64,000 bases of DNA from positions 108,810,001 through 108,874,000 of the forward strand of contig NC_043003.1 of assembly GCF_006345805.1 (NCBI RefSeq), read 5' to 3'. Positions within the stretch are counted from its first letter, which is position 1. Each line of letters opens with the position of its first letter. The notes beneath the pieces are model-generated. The model worked only from the letters and a program-made list of their open reading frames with translations, was not told the DNA's origin and ran no database searches. This document shows, in pieces, positions 25,793 to 38,426 of this stretch. The position numbers and the translations under genes are program-made. This DNA is from Octopus sinensis (taxonomy: Eukaryota).

Positions 25793-25912
25793 ATGCTTAC
25801 AGCATCCAGGTTTCCCAAGCGGTCACCCATCTAAGTACTAACTAGGCTCGATGTTGCTTAACTTCGGTGATCGGACGAGAACCAGTGCTTTCAACGGGAT
25901 ATGGCCGTAAGC
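25793..25912 (-). rRNA. 5S rRNA: 5S rRNA gene copy (solitary; functional status unknown, probably a retrocopy)
   Basis: 120 nt GCTTACGGCCATATCCCGTTGAAAGCACTGGTTCTCGTCCGATCACCGAAGTTAAGCAACATCGAGCCTAGTTAGTACTTAGATGGGTGACCGCTTGGGAAACCTGGATGCTGTAAGCAT. The ends pair (GCTTAC/GTAAGC), and a TTTT run lies about 9 nt downstream. Confidence 0.95.
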
Positions 25913-26569
25913 ATTGTTTTTTTTGGTTTTTATTTTTGGAAAACCCTTTAGTGCTTAGCTTACCCTTCACCACTTGTTTAACCCTTTAACATTTAGATAC
26001 AGTCAAGTGACCCCCTTCAGTTATGAATGACCATGGGATTGCACCTAGAAAGTTAAACTCTGACACGGAAGTCCAGGCAAGTTTTATGGAAGACCTATGC
26101 ATACCAGCCTCCTCTCTCCATGCCACCAATGTTATCCAAGGGAAAGGCAAAAGGGGCTGATACAGCTTGGCGACAGTGACATCACAATTGCTTTCCTACA
26201 GTTGAGTGAACTGGAGCAACATGAAATAAAGTGTCTTGCTCAAGAACACAACACACAGCCCGGTCTGGGAATTGAATTCACTACCTCAGGATTGTAAACC
26301 CGATGCTCTCACCACTGAGTCATGTAACGTCACACAGTCAAGAAGAATGCTTATTTGTTCACATTGTTTCTAATTAATCAAGTATTATTTTTTAGTTTTG
26401 TGATTTCAATGATGCTGTGATTATTTTTAAAATGATTTTGTAGCTGTGAGGGGCCAGATTTGCCCAGTTTAAGGGCCAAAGCAGGGGTTCTCAGCCAGGG
26501 TCCACATGACCCTTGGGTGTCCAATAGAAGATTTTGCTGTTAAAATTTATGTGCAATAAATTGCTTATA

Positions 26570-26970
26570 GGCGTAGGAGTGGCTGTGTGGTAAGTAGCTT
26601 GCTTACCAACCACATAGTTCCGGGTTCAGTTCCACTGCGTGGCACCTTGGGCAAGTGTCTTCTACTATAGCCTCGGGCCGACCAAAGACTTGTGAGTGGA
26701 TTTGGTAGACAGAAACTGAAAGAAGCCCGTTGTATATACGTATATATATGTATGTGTGTGTATATGTTTGTGTGTCTGTGTTTGTCCCCACAACATTGCT
26801 TGTCAACCGATGCTGGGGAGTTTACGTCGCTGTAACTTAGCAGTTCGGTATAAAGAAAGCGATAGAATAAGTACTGGGCTTACAAAGAATAAGTCCTGGG
26901 GTTGATTTGCTCGACTAAAGGTGGTGCTCCAGCATGGCCACAGTCAAATGACTGAAACAAGTAAAAGAGT
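26570..26970 (+). mobile_element. Near full-length tRNA-derived SINE, family B here (many copies, e.g. 38860-39240 +, 55665-56060 -, 6255-6610 -)
   Basis: A-box TGGCTGTGTGG, B-box GGTTCAGTTCC, internal TA/TG microsatellite, 3' end GGTGCTCCAGCATGGCCACAGTCAAATGACTGAAACAAGTAAAAGAG. Confidence 0.9.
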
Positions 26971-27182
26971 ACTCTTCTACAATACAGTATTCCAACATTT
27001 TTTTTTATACAATTCCTAATATTTAATTATAGAAATAAAATAGAATTTCTTGAAATATCAAATAACTTTGGAGGTCCATTAGAGTTAAATAAGAACCAAA
27101 AGGGCCCAGAGGCAAAAAATGATTGAGAACCATTGAGCTAAAGGGTTAAGGAACATATCCAGTGAGCTAACAGAAGTATTAC

Positions 27183-27244
27183 TGTAAACACGTGTTAGCA
27201 TCGAAGTCAAAAGGTTTATTAATTGGGCAGCTACTAAATATCAC
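27183..27244 (-). CDS. Candidate exon VIFSSCPINKPFDFDANT(CL)
   Basis: Acceptor gtgtctcctcAG. Phase 0 start, and both candidate donors (after 27192 or 27183) give phase 2, bridging the 31710 and 24331 exons. The donors are weak. Confidence 0.3.
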
Positions 27245-28317
27245 CTGAGGAGACACAACTGAATCCCATTACACAGGTAAACTGTTGTTTACTTTAAATT
27301 CTGTGTAGATGTGGATTTCTGTTGTATCGAAACATAGGTAATGTTTATTAAATAGCTATCTAACCACACTTCTTGTTGACTATTTTTTCAATTATATTAT
27401 ATATATATATCTATATCTTTACTTGTTTTAGTCATCTGACAGCAGTCATGCTGTAGCACCACCATCAAAGGTTTTCTAGTCAAAGAAATCGACCCCAGGA
27501 TTTATTCTTTGCAAGCCTAGTACTTCTTCTATCAGCCTCTTTTACCAAACCACTAACTAATGGGTACGGAAACACACAAACGTCACTTGTCAAGTGATGG
27601 TAGGGAGACAAGCATAGACACAAGCACACACACACATATACGATGGGCTTCTTTCAGTTTCCATCTACCAAATCCACTCAAGGCTTTGGTCAGCCTGAGG
27701 TTATAGTAGAGGACACTTGCCCAAGGTGCCATGTAATGGGACTGAACACAGAACCATGTGGTTGGGAAGCAAGCTTCTTACCACACAACCATGCCTGTGT
27801 CTATGTATACACATACACCTACACATACATGAACACAAATACACACACATACACATCTTTGACAAACTTTCACAAAGTTCTCATTTATCAAATTTCACTC
27901 ACAAGGCTTTGGTCAACCTGATGCAAGAGCAAAAGAAGACACAGGCCTATGGTGCTGCACAGAGAGTGGAACTGAAATCTTTTAATCATATGCCCATGTC
28001 TATACCTATAATAGTAGAAATTCAGGATTGCATATTCCGGATTCAATTTTTCAAAGACATGACAAAGTGGTTAAGAAGTTTATTTCCTATCTATGTGATT
28101 TTGAGTTCAGGCCTACTGCATGGCACTTCTACTAAACACCCAGATTGAAGAAAGCCACATGAGGCAGACAGAAAGAGGCTCAATCATAGCTGTGTGGTAA
28201 AGACATTTGTTTCCGAACCATGTGGTTTAGGGTTGAGTCTCACTGCTTGGCACCTTTGACATTTTCCACTATGGTCCTGAGCTGACCAAAGCTTTATAAA
28301 TAGATGAAGCAGATCTC

Positions 28318-28356
<39 letters not shown>

Positions 28357-28358
<2 letters not shown>

Positions 28359-29086
28359 GCAAATTTACAGAAAACTAAAGCTGAAGGAAGAACAGGTAGA
28401 TGTATTAGTTTAATGCTCAGAAAGAATGGAGAAGTCTTTTTCATGTTTCAAGCCTATGCTCTTTGACAGGAAGGATCAAGAGGGATAAAAAAAAAAAGAG
28501 AGAAAGAGAAGAAAAAAATGGAGTGAGAAAAAAATTTGCAGGGATTAAGGTTCAACATGATGAAATATATATATAAACATACATGCACACAGACGCAAAT
28601 GTGTGTGTGCATGTGACTCCAACCAAGCAGCATCATCATCATCATACAAGCAGTGTCATCCATTTCCAATCTTACATGGAAACATAGCCGGTCATGGGGA
28701 AAAAAAATATTACCTTGCTAGGAAATGTGAAGGTTGCCAATGAGGGAGGTCATCTGGTCATCGAGAATTCATTTCAACAAATTCCATCTGAGCCCATTCA
28801 TGCATGGAAAAGTGGAAGTTAAAATGATGATGATGATGATGGTGTCTGCCTGCTTGAGTCAATGCAGAAGGATTCAGACAATGCATCGGGTTCCACAGTT
28901 CAACAAACTATACACAGCAATTCTACTGAATGCTATTTATTTTATAGCTGAACTGGAGAGAGTACATCAATGTATATAAATTTTTATGTAAATGTTTTCC
29001 CTGCCTTACTAGAAATAAAAAGTTGGCACTGACAAAATATATTAACTTCATCATTTTCATGTTCTTTTAATTCTTTCTATATATTT

Positions 29087-29135
<49 letters not shown>

Positions 29136-29408
29136 ATCACTGGAAAAGGAGAAAAAGAAGATCCATATTTTACATTAGCTACCTGTTGGCAGAACATTGG
29201 ATACTAAAATATTTATATCACTCAATAAAATATGAAATTACTGATGATGCTATGGAAATGGAAATTACTATAATTATTCTTCTGATCTACAAGTCAGTGC
29301 TACTTCGTTCTGCAGACTAAAATGGTAAAATGGCTCCATGAAGATTTAATAGGCAGTCAATGAGGCACAGAAAATTATGCTAGTTAAATGATCAGAACTG
29401 TTTACATA

Positions 29409-29439
<31 letters not shown>

Positions 29440-30476
29440 ATAATGCAAATTTACAGAAAACTAAAGCTGAAGGAAGAACAGGTAGATGTATTAGTTTAAT
29501 GCTCAGAAAGAATGGAGAAGTCTTTTTCATGTTTCAAGCCTATGCTCTTTGACAGGAAGGATCAAGAGGGATAAAAAAAAAAAGAGAGAAAGAGAAGAAA
29601 AAAATGGAGTGAGAAAAAAATTTGCAGGGATTAAAGGTTCAACATGATGAAATATATATATAAACATACATGCACACAGACGCAAATGTGTGTGTGCATG
29701 TGTCTCCAACCAAGCAGCATCATCATCATCATACAAGCAGTGTCATCCATTTCCAATCTTACATGGAAACATATCCGGTCATGGGGAAAAAAGATATTAC
29801 CTTGCTAGGAAATGTGAAGGTTGCCAATGAGGGAGGTCATCTGGTCATCGAGAATTCATTTCAACAAATTCCATCTGAGCCCATTCATGCATGGAAAAGT
29901 GGAAGTTAAAATGATGATGATGATGATGGTGTCTGCCTGCTTGAGTCAATGCAGAAGGATTCAGACAATGCATCGGGTTCCACAGTTCAACAAACTATAC
30001 ACAGCAATTCTACTGAATGCTATTTATTTTATAGCTGAACTGGAGAGAGTACATCAATGTATATAAATTTTTATGTAAATGTTTTCCCTGCCTTACTAGA
30101 AATAAAAAGTTGGCACTGACAAAATATATTAACTTCATCATTTTCATGTTCTTTTAATTCTTTCTATATATTTCTTTTCTCTCTCTCTCTCTCTCTCTCT
30201 CAATATCACTGGAAAAGGAGAAAAAGAAGATCCATATTTTAACATTAGCTACCTGTTGGCAGAAACATTGGATACTAAAATATTTATATCACTCAATAAA
30301 ATATGAAATTACTGATGATGCTATGGAAATGAAAATTACTATAATTATTCTTCTGATCTACAAGTCAGTGCTACTTCGTTCTGCAGACTAAAATGGTAAA
30401 ATGGCTCCATGAAGATTTAATAGGCAGTCAATGAGGCACAGAAAATTATGCTAGTTAAATGATCAGAACTGTTTAC

Positions 30477-30480
<4 letters not shown>
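28357..30480. repeat. Tandem duplication of a roughly 1.09-kb unit, with (TA)n at all three junctions
   Basis: 28357-29408 and 29443-30480 are near-identical. The 81-aa ORFs at 28734 and 29821 are identical, offset 1087. Confidence 0.95.
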
Positions 30481-30538
<58 letters not shown>

Positions 30539-30904
30539 CATGTATGCATGTGTGTACACGTCTTTCTAAGTACATGTGGCTATGTATGTATGTAGATATA
30601 TATACGTACATACATATGCATAAGTGTTTGTATGTAGCATACATACATATAACTATGACTACATGTACATAGGTATGAATGCGTGTGTGTGTGTGTGTGT
30701 GTGTACGTGCATACACACACACACACAGGCACACATAGATTCCTTATGTCAAAGAGAATTTCCAACACATTTTGACATTAAAATTCCTTGATTCATTGCA
30801 TAAATATTGCAGCCATTTTGAATATTGGTCTCTCTCAAGACTTAGGAAAATTTGCATGAATCGAGGAAATGTGTCGGATCAGCTATAATCACAGCAGAAG
30901 AAAA

Positions 30905-31420
30905 AAAATGCATGTGTGTGTATGTATGTATATATATATGTGTGTGTGTGTATATAATTGTGTGTGTGTATATGTGTGTGTGTGTATATAATTGTGTGTG
31001 TGTATATGTGTGTGTGTGTACATGCATGTGTATATGTATATATGTGTGTGTGTGTGTGTATAGGTGTGTGTATGTATGTGTATAGGTGTGTGTGTGTATA
31101 GGTGTGTGTATAGGTGTGTGTGTGTATAGGTGTGTGTGTGTATAGGTGGGTGTGTGTGTATAGGTGTGTGTGTGTGTATAGGTGGGTGTGTGTGTATAGG
31201 TGGGTGTGTGTGTATAGATGTGTGTGTATAGGTGTGTGTATGTATAGGTGTGTGTGTGTATAGGTGTGTGTGTGTATAGGTGTGTGTGTGTATAGGTGTG
31301 TCTGCGTGTATAGGTATGTGTGTGTATAGGTATGTGTGTGTATGTATAGGTATATGTGTGTATGTATAGGTATGTGTGTGTATGTATAGGTATGTGTGTG
31401 TGTATAGGTGTGTGTGTGTA
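30905..31420. repeat. Compound (GT)n / GTGTGTGTATAG minisatellite
   Basis: Direct inspection. Confidence 0.9.
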
Positions 31421-31709
31421 TATAAAATAAGAAAAATGAAGTTTATAGAAGACCAATCAGATTCTTTTTTGTTGCTTTTTGTAGATTTTTCTAGCTTTTT
31501 TCTGTAAATCCATTTATGTAAAAGTAAAAGCCTACAAGAGAATTGTTAAAGAAATATATAAACTGCCTTACATGGCTTCTTGGATCAAAGACCACAAAAT
31601 CAACTCAGTCTGTTTTATTGAGTATGGAATATTTTCGTGATAGTTTAACTATACAACATGAAAGATGGCATTAATAGCAGAGTATGAAGTAGTGGAATAG
31701 TTCCCCCAC

Positions 31710-31773
31710 CGTCTGCTGAAGTGTATCTAGTCCGAGCCAACTATGGTTATACAGATCTATGACAGAATCACAG
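31710..31773 (-). CDS. Internal exon (x)CDSVIDLYNHSWLGLDTLQQT
   Basis: Acceptor cattagttcatttgccttttcAG, open only in phase 2, donor ACG|GTGGGG. Confidence 0.55.
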
Positions 31774-32009
31774 CTGAAAAGGCAAATGAACTAATGAATA
31801 GAAATTTGGCCTCAAAGAGAGAAAAATCCATTACAGGTGCAGGTATGGCTATGTCATAAGATGTTTGCTTCCTAACCACATGGTTCTGGGTTCAGTTCAA
31901 CTGTGTGGCACCTTGGGCAAGTGTCTTCTATAACTCTGGGCTGACCAATGCCTTGATGGGAGATTTGGTAGTTTAGAAACTGAAAGGACACCGTTATCTA
32001 TGTGTGTGT

Positions 32010-32740
32010 GCATGTGTAAACGCATACATTTCATAAGCATTTATCATGATTGTAGGACCATGGATCTGCACCTGGATAGTTTTGTGTCAGCCGCTGACGG
32101 CCGTGCAATGTCTGCAGTGGCAATACAGGCCCACATGAGAGCAGCAATCTCACATGCAGTGATTGCATTTGAAGATGCTTTCTATGGGTGCGAATGAGTT
32201 TTCCTTTCTTCAAGTGACCTTTTCTTTGGTGGCAAATTTTAGTTTCTCTTTCCCTTGCTCCATCCTCTTGTGTAGTGCTTGTCTCAAGTGTAGACAATCA
32301 TTCACGACCTCTTGCCATCTCAGAATGTCCAAATCTCTCTTGCAAAAATCCTTGAAATGAAAATGAGGTTGTCCTTGTGTCCTTGTGCCAGTCTCCAGTT
32401 GCCCATACAGGAGGTCTTTTAGGATCCTCCCATCTGGCAAACAATATATGTGACTAACCCAGTGCAGATGGCACTGCTGGAGCAAGGTATATATGCTAGG
32501 TATCTTGGCACAATTCAGAACTTCAGTATTGGTGACTTGACCAGTCCACTTGACATCCAAAATGCATCCCAGGCTATAAGGGTGGAAGACATTGAGGCGC
32601 TGATTCTATCTGGCGTAGAGGTTCTGTATCTCGCTGCCGTAAAGTAGTATGATGAGGACACATGCCTTGTAGACAACAATTTTGATGTTTGTAGTTAGTT
32701 TTCTCTTCTCTCAGATTCTCTTTGTCAGCATGGCAAATGT
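32010..32740 (-). mobile_element. Decayed RTE/BovB-like LINE 3' region
   Basis: W..QVTNTEVL..AKIPSI..LL....LHWVSHI..LPDGRILKDLLYGQLETGTR..G.P...FKDFCKRD matches the RTE C-terminal pattern. Confidence 0.85.
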
Positions 32741-32825
32741 GAAGGACGCTTGTCCAAGTTGCTTTCACGAAAACCCTTCAAAGCTCTGCCCCAGCATGGC
32801 TGTCACAGCAATCACCACCATTAGC

Positions 32826-35680
32826 CTCACTACCACAGCCACTACCACAGCCACTACCACAGCCACTACCACAGCCACTTCCACAGCCACTACCACAGCC
32901 ACTACCACAGCCACTACCACAGCCACTACCACAGCCACTACCACTTCCACTACCACAGCCACTACCACTTCCACTACCACAGCCACTACCACATCCACTA
33001 CCACAGCCACTACCACAGCCACTACCACAGCCACTACCACAGCCACTACCACAGCCACTACCACAGCCACTACCACTTCCACTACCAGCCACTACACAGC
33101 CACTACCACAGCCACTACCACAGCCACTACCACAGCCACTACCACAGCCACTACCACTTCCACTACCACTTCCACTACCACAGCCACTACCACTTCCACT
33201 ACCACAGCCACTACCACAGCCACTACCACAGCCACTACCACAGCCACTACCACAGCCACTACCACAGCCACTACCACAGCCACTACCACTTCCACTACCA
33301 CAGCCACTACCACAGCCACTACCACTTCCACTACCACAGCCACTACCACAGCCACTACCACTTCCACTACCACAGCCACTACCACAGCCACTACCACTTC
33401 CACTTCCACTACCACAGCCACTACCACAGCCACTACCACTTCCACTACCACAGCCACTACCACAGCCACTACCACAGCCACTACCACAGCCACTACCACT
33501 TCCACTACCACAGCCACTACCACTTCCACTACCACAGCCACTACCACTTCCACTACCACAGCCACTACCACAGCCACTACCACAGCCACTACCACAGCCA
33601 CTACCACAGCCACTACCACAGCCACTACCACAGCCACTACCACAGCCACTACCACTTCCACTACCACAGCCACTACCACAGCCACTACCACAGCCACTAC
33701 CACAGCCACTACCACAGCCACTACCACAGCCACTACCACTTCCACTACCACTTCCACTACCACAGCCACTACCACTTCCACTACCACAGCCACTACCACA
33801 GCCACTACCACAGCCACTACCACAGCCACTACCACAGCCACTACCACAGCCACTACCACAGCCACTACCACTTCCACTACCACAGCCACTACCACAGCCA
33901 CTACCACTTCCACTACCACAGCACTACCACACAGCCACTACCACTTCCCACTACCCCACTACCACAGCCACTACCACAGCCACTACCACTTCCACTTCCA
34001 CTACCACAGCCACTACCACAGCCACTACCACTTCCACTACCACAACGCCACTACCACAGCCACTACCACAGCCACTACCACAGCCACTACCACTTCCACT
34101 ACCACAGCCACTACCACTTCACTTCCACTACCACAGCACTACCACTTCCACTACCACAGCCACTACCACAGCCCTACCACAGCCACTACCACAGCCACTA
34201 CCACAGCCACTACCACAGCCCTACCACAGCCACTACCACTTCCACTACCACTTCCACTACCACTTCCACTACCACTTCCACTACCACAGCCACTACCACA
34301 GCCACTACCACTTCCACTACCACAGCCACTACCACAGCCACTACCACAGCCACTACCACAGCACTACCAGCCACAGCCACTACCACAGCCACTACCACAG
34401 CCACTACCACAGCCACTACCACTTCCACTACCACTTCCACTACCACAGCCACTACCACAGCCACTACCACAGCCACTACCACTTCCACTACCACAGCCAC
34501 TACCACTTCCACTACCACAGCCACTACCACTTCCACTACCACAGCCACTACCACACACAGCCACTACCACAGCCACTACCACTTCCACTACCACTTCCAC
34601 TACCACAGCCACTACCACTTCCACTACCACAGCCACTACCACAGCCACTACCCCACTCCATACCCACTTCCACTACCACAGCCACTACCACTTCCACTAC
34701 CACAGCCACTACCACAGCCACTACCACAGCCACTACCACAGCCACTACCACAGCCACTACCACTTCCACTACCACAGCCACTACCACTTCCACTACCACA
34801 GCACTACCCACAGCCACTACCAAGCCACTACCACTTCCACTACCACTTCCACTACCACAGCCACTACCACAGCCACTACCACAGCCACTACCACAGCCAC
34901 TACCACTACCACAGCCACTACCACAGCCACTACCACATCCACTACCACTACCACTACACCACAGCCACTACCACTTCCACTACCACTTCCACTACCACTT
35001 CCACTTACCACAGCCACTACCACAGCCACTACCACAGCCACTACCACTACCACTTCCACTACCACTTCCCTACCACAGCCACTACCACTTCCACTACCAC
35101 CACAGCCACTACACTTCCACTGCCACTTCCACAGCCACTACCACTTCCACTACCACTTCCACTACCACCACAGCCACTACCACAGCCACTACCACAGCCA
35201 CTACCACAGCCCCTACCACAGCCACTACCACACAGCCACTACCACACAGCCACTACCACATCCACTACCACTACCACAGCCACTACCACAGCCACTACCA
35301 CAGCCACTACCACGCCACTACCACAGCCCACTACCACAGCCACTACCACAGCCACTACCACAGCCACTACCACACAGCCACTACCACACAGCCACTACCA
35401 CACAGCCACTACCACACCACAGCCACTACCACACAGCCACTACCACCACAGCCACTACTACCACTTCCACTACCACACCACAGCCACTACACAGCCACTA
35501 CCACAGCCACTACCACAGCACACTACCACAGCCACTACACACTTCCACTACCACAGCCCTACCACAGCCACTACCACAGCCACTACCACAGCCACTACCA
35601 CAGCCACTACCACCACAGCCACTACCACAGCCACTACCACAGCCACTACCACAGCCACTACCACTTCCACTTCCACTTTC
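32826..35680. repeat. About 2.85-kb 12-bp minisatellite (ACCACAGCCACT / ACCACTTCCACT)
   Basis: Direct inspection. Phase is largely preserved to about 33.9 kb, with many 1-nt indels after that. Confidence 0.98.
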
Positions 35681-35852
35681 GATGCTTAGATGGACCAGAC
35701 AAAATTCATTGAAGAAGAATTTCTAAGACTGTAGACTTCCTGTTCCCAAGCAACATATTTTCTCATGGCTGGACATGTCCTTCACAGACGACAGAACACA
35801 GATGATGTACCAGTATGGTGATGATAGGTTAGAACTACCACGTTATATCAAG

Positions 35853-35904
<52 letters not shown>

Positions 35905-36046
35905 GCTTGTTTTAGTTTCCATCTACCAAATCCACTAACAAGGATTTCATTGGCCCATGGCTAGAACAGTGGTGTGCAGTGGGAATGAACCTGAAATCAC
36001 ATGGTCGGGAAGCCAACTTCTTAACCAAACATGTCTATGCATTCAT

Positions 36047-36077
<31 letters not shown>

Positions 36078-36149
36078 ATATATATACACATATATATATG
36101 TGTGTGTGTGTGCATGTATATATACACATACACAGAAGAGAGAGATAGA

Positions 36150-36189
<40 letters not shown>

Positions 36190-36641
36190 AATCACATAAT
36201 TACAAAGAACACAGAGACTGATACATTGTAAAACTGTTCTTTTAATTTTACCGTCAGTCATTTGGCATAATTGGTTGGTTAAAATGACTGATACTGGTTG
36301 TCAAGTAGTAGTAGATGACAATCACAGGGGGCAAAGACACATTCACATATATATATATAAGAGATAATGGTGTCATTGAGACCCAAAGGTATCAGGTAAT
36401 GCTGAATAAATGCTAGACAGACCATAGTTAAGTTCCAGATTTGGTAATATTGCGATAGGGTCTTACAGCTATCTATAAATGCTCTAATATCTACACAGCC
36501 TTGGTTTTTTTTATCTTATGCAAAAAAATTCTCATATATATATACACATATATATAGTTAATCCAAACATGAAAACACAACACGAGGACATGGAACAAAT
36601 ATAGTATTATTGGACGCTCAAGAAATAAGGGAAGAAGGAGG

Positions 36642-36676
36642 GTTTAACGTTTCGAGCGGAGCTCTTCGTCGGAAAC
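36642..36676 (-). ncRNA. Second copy of the Penelope-type minimal hammerhead motif, with a core U4C change
   Basis: Minus strand GTTT-CCGACGA-A-GAG-CTCCG-CTC-GAAA-CG-TT-AAAC, within a roughly 200-bp element (36548-36745) homologous to 24826-25010. Confidence 0.5.
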
Positions 36677-38365
36677 ATAGGAGAAGGAAAGATCCAGAGA
36701 AGGGAAGACAGAGGGGAAAAAAATCACCAACGGTACACACGAGGTCACACACACAATGAGCTTTTTCCAGTTTCCAAATACATTCACAAAGCTTTGGCTG
36801 GTTTGGGGGCCCACAATAGAAGACACTTGGCCAAGGTGCCATGCAGTGGAACTGAACCCAGAACCATGTGGTTGGGAAACAAACTATTCTTTTGTTGATA
36901 AGCTTGGCAAAATATGTACTCAATGATTATGAGAATTATTGAGGTGTATGTGTGTGAGTATATATACACTTTATTGTTACTAATAAACAAAGTTTTATGT
37001 CGGGGGGGGGGGGCAAATGTTCAGCTTATTCCATTTGTTACGTAGATGAACAAAACTGATGATTGCCAAAACAATAACTGTCAGCTAAAATCACCAGGGA
37101 ATATCAGAACATTTGCTTTCATGGCATAGAACTTAAGTACTTTTGTTGCTAACATCATACTTTATATATCTATATACATATGTATATCTTTCATCTTTTA
37201 CTTGTTTCAATCACAAGACTGTAGCCATGCTGGAGCACCAGCCTTGAACTTTTCTTTTTTTTTTTTTTTTAAGCTTTGTCCTTATCATTCTCTTTTGCTG
37301 AACTGCCAAGTTATGGGAGCATAAACACAAGACCGGTTATCAAGTGGTGGCGTTGGACAGATGGACAGACACACACACACACACAATTGGCTTCTTTCAG
37401 TTTCTACCAAATCCACTCACAAGCTATTGGTCAGCCTAAGGCTACAGTAGAAGACACTTGGCCAAGGTGCCATGCAGTGGAACTGAACCTGGAACTATAT
37501 GTTTGGGAAACAAACTTCTTACCACACAGCCACGATATATAAAGGTTAAGAGCTGGCAGAACTGTCACCAGACAAGACAAAAAAAGCTTAGCAGCATTTG
37601 TTCCATCTCTTTCAATTCTGGGCTTAAATGGCATCGGCCTCAGAGGATTTGCAAGTCATGGGCTCTTCCCTTTCATCCAGACTCAGCAATGAAAAAACAG
37701 AAAGAAAATCTGTTGGAATTTATTGAAGAGACTGTATTTGTCTATGCAAGAGTAAAGAGATAGAATAGTGATTGATATAGTGTTGTGTAGTAAGAGTATA
37801 TTGTGACAGCGTTATGAGCAGAAGAGTGTGTGAGTGTGTGCGTACAACACAACTTTTGCAAATTGTGTCAGCAACAGAAAGACAAACAAATGGTTGAGGG
37901 AGGGGGGAGAAGGAGTAAGAGAGAAAACTGCATTCTATTTTGATTAAATTGCACATCAATTGTAGCTTGGGAATTAATTCATTACAAACAAAACCTAACA
38001 GATCTTCCCAACATACCATCAACTTTAACCTCTTGGTAATCACATAACCACACAAAGGAGGAAACAATAGTTATAAAGAAATACAATTTTTTTAATTCTA
38101 TTTTATTCTACACCTTAGTATATAAAGCAATTAGAATCGATCATCCACTGAAATAAACAACGGCATGGTTAATTAATTCATACTAAAATGGGAAGGCTGT
38201 TAGCTATGGAATTAACAACATATTAATGCTAGAAAGAAATAAAAAAGAAATAACAAACAAGAAAGAGTAAACCTTATGTTAACAAAAAAAAATATATTTG
38301 ATCAGTGGTAGGGGAAAGAAAAAAATTTGACCTTTTTACGTTTAACAATTGAACCTTCCGTTTAC

Positions 38366-38426
38366 TCTATTTCATTTTTGGCATAGATTGTATTGATCTC
38401 CAAATATCTATACACATGTTTTAGGA
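38366..38426 (-). CDS. Candidate exon (x)LKHVYRYLEINTIYAKNEI(x)
   Basis: Acceptor gtaattatttcAG, donor AGA|GTAAAC. Phase 1 to 2 joins the 43589 and 31773 exons in frame. Confidence 0.4.

Noticed and set aside
25793-25912. A tandem 5S rDNA cluster
   Set aside because: Only one copy lies in 64 kb, and it is joined to a retroposon-type tail.
28734-30066. Two identical 81-aa ORFs suggesting a duplicated small gene
   Set aside because: They start in a family-D repeat with an (ATG)n run, are identical only because of the tandem duplication, and have no convincing splice or domain signal.
32682-35726. 1014-aa mucin-like ORF with a signal-peptide-like N-terminus
   Set aside because: The N-terminus is antisense LINE/SINE sequence. 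The ORF drifts between T-, P- and H-rich frames at indels and stays open only because the 12-mer has no stop codon on that strand.
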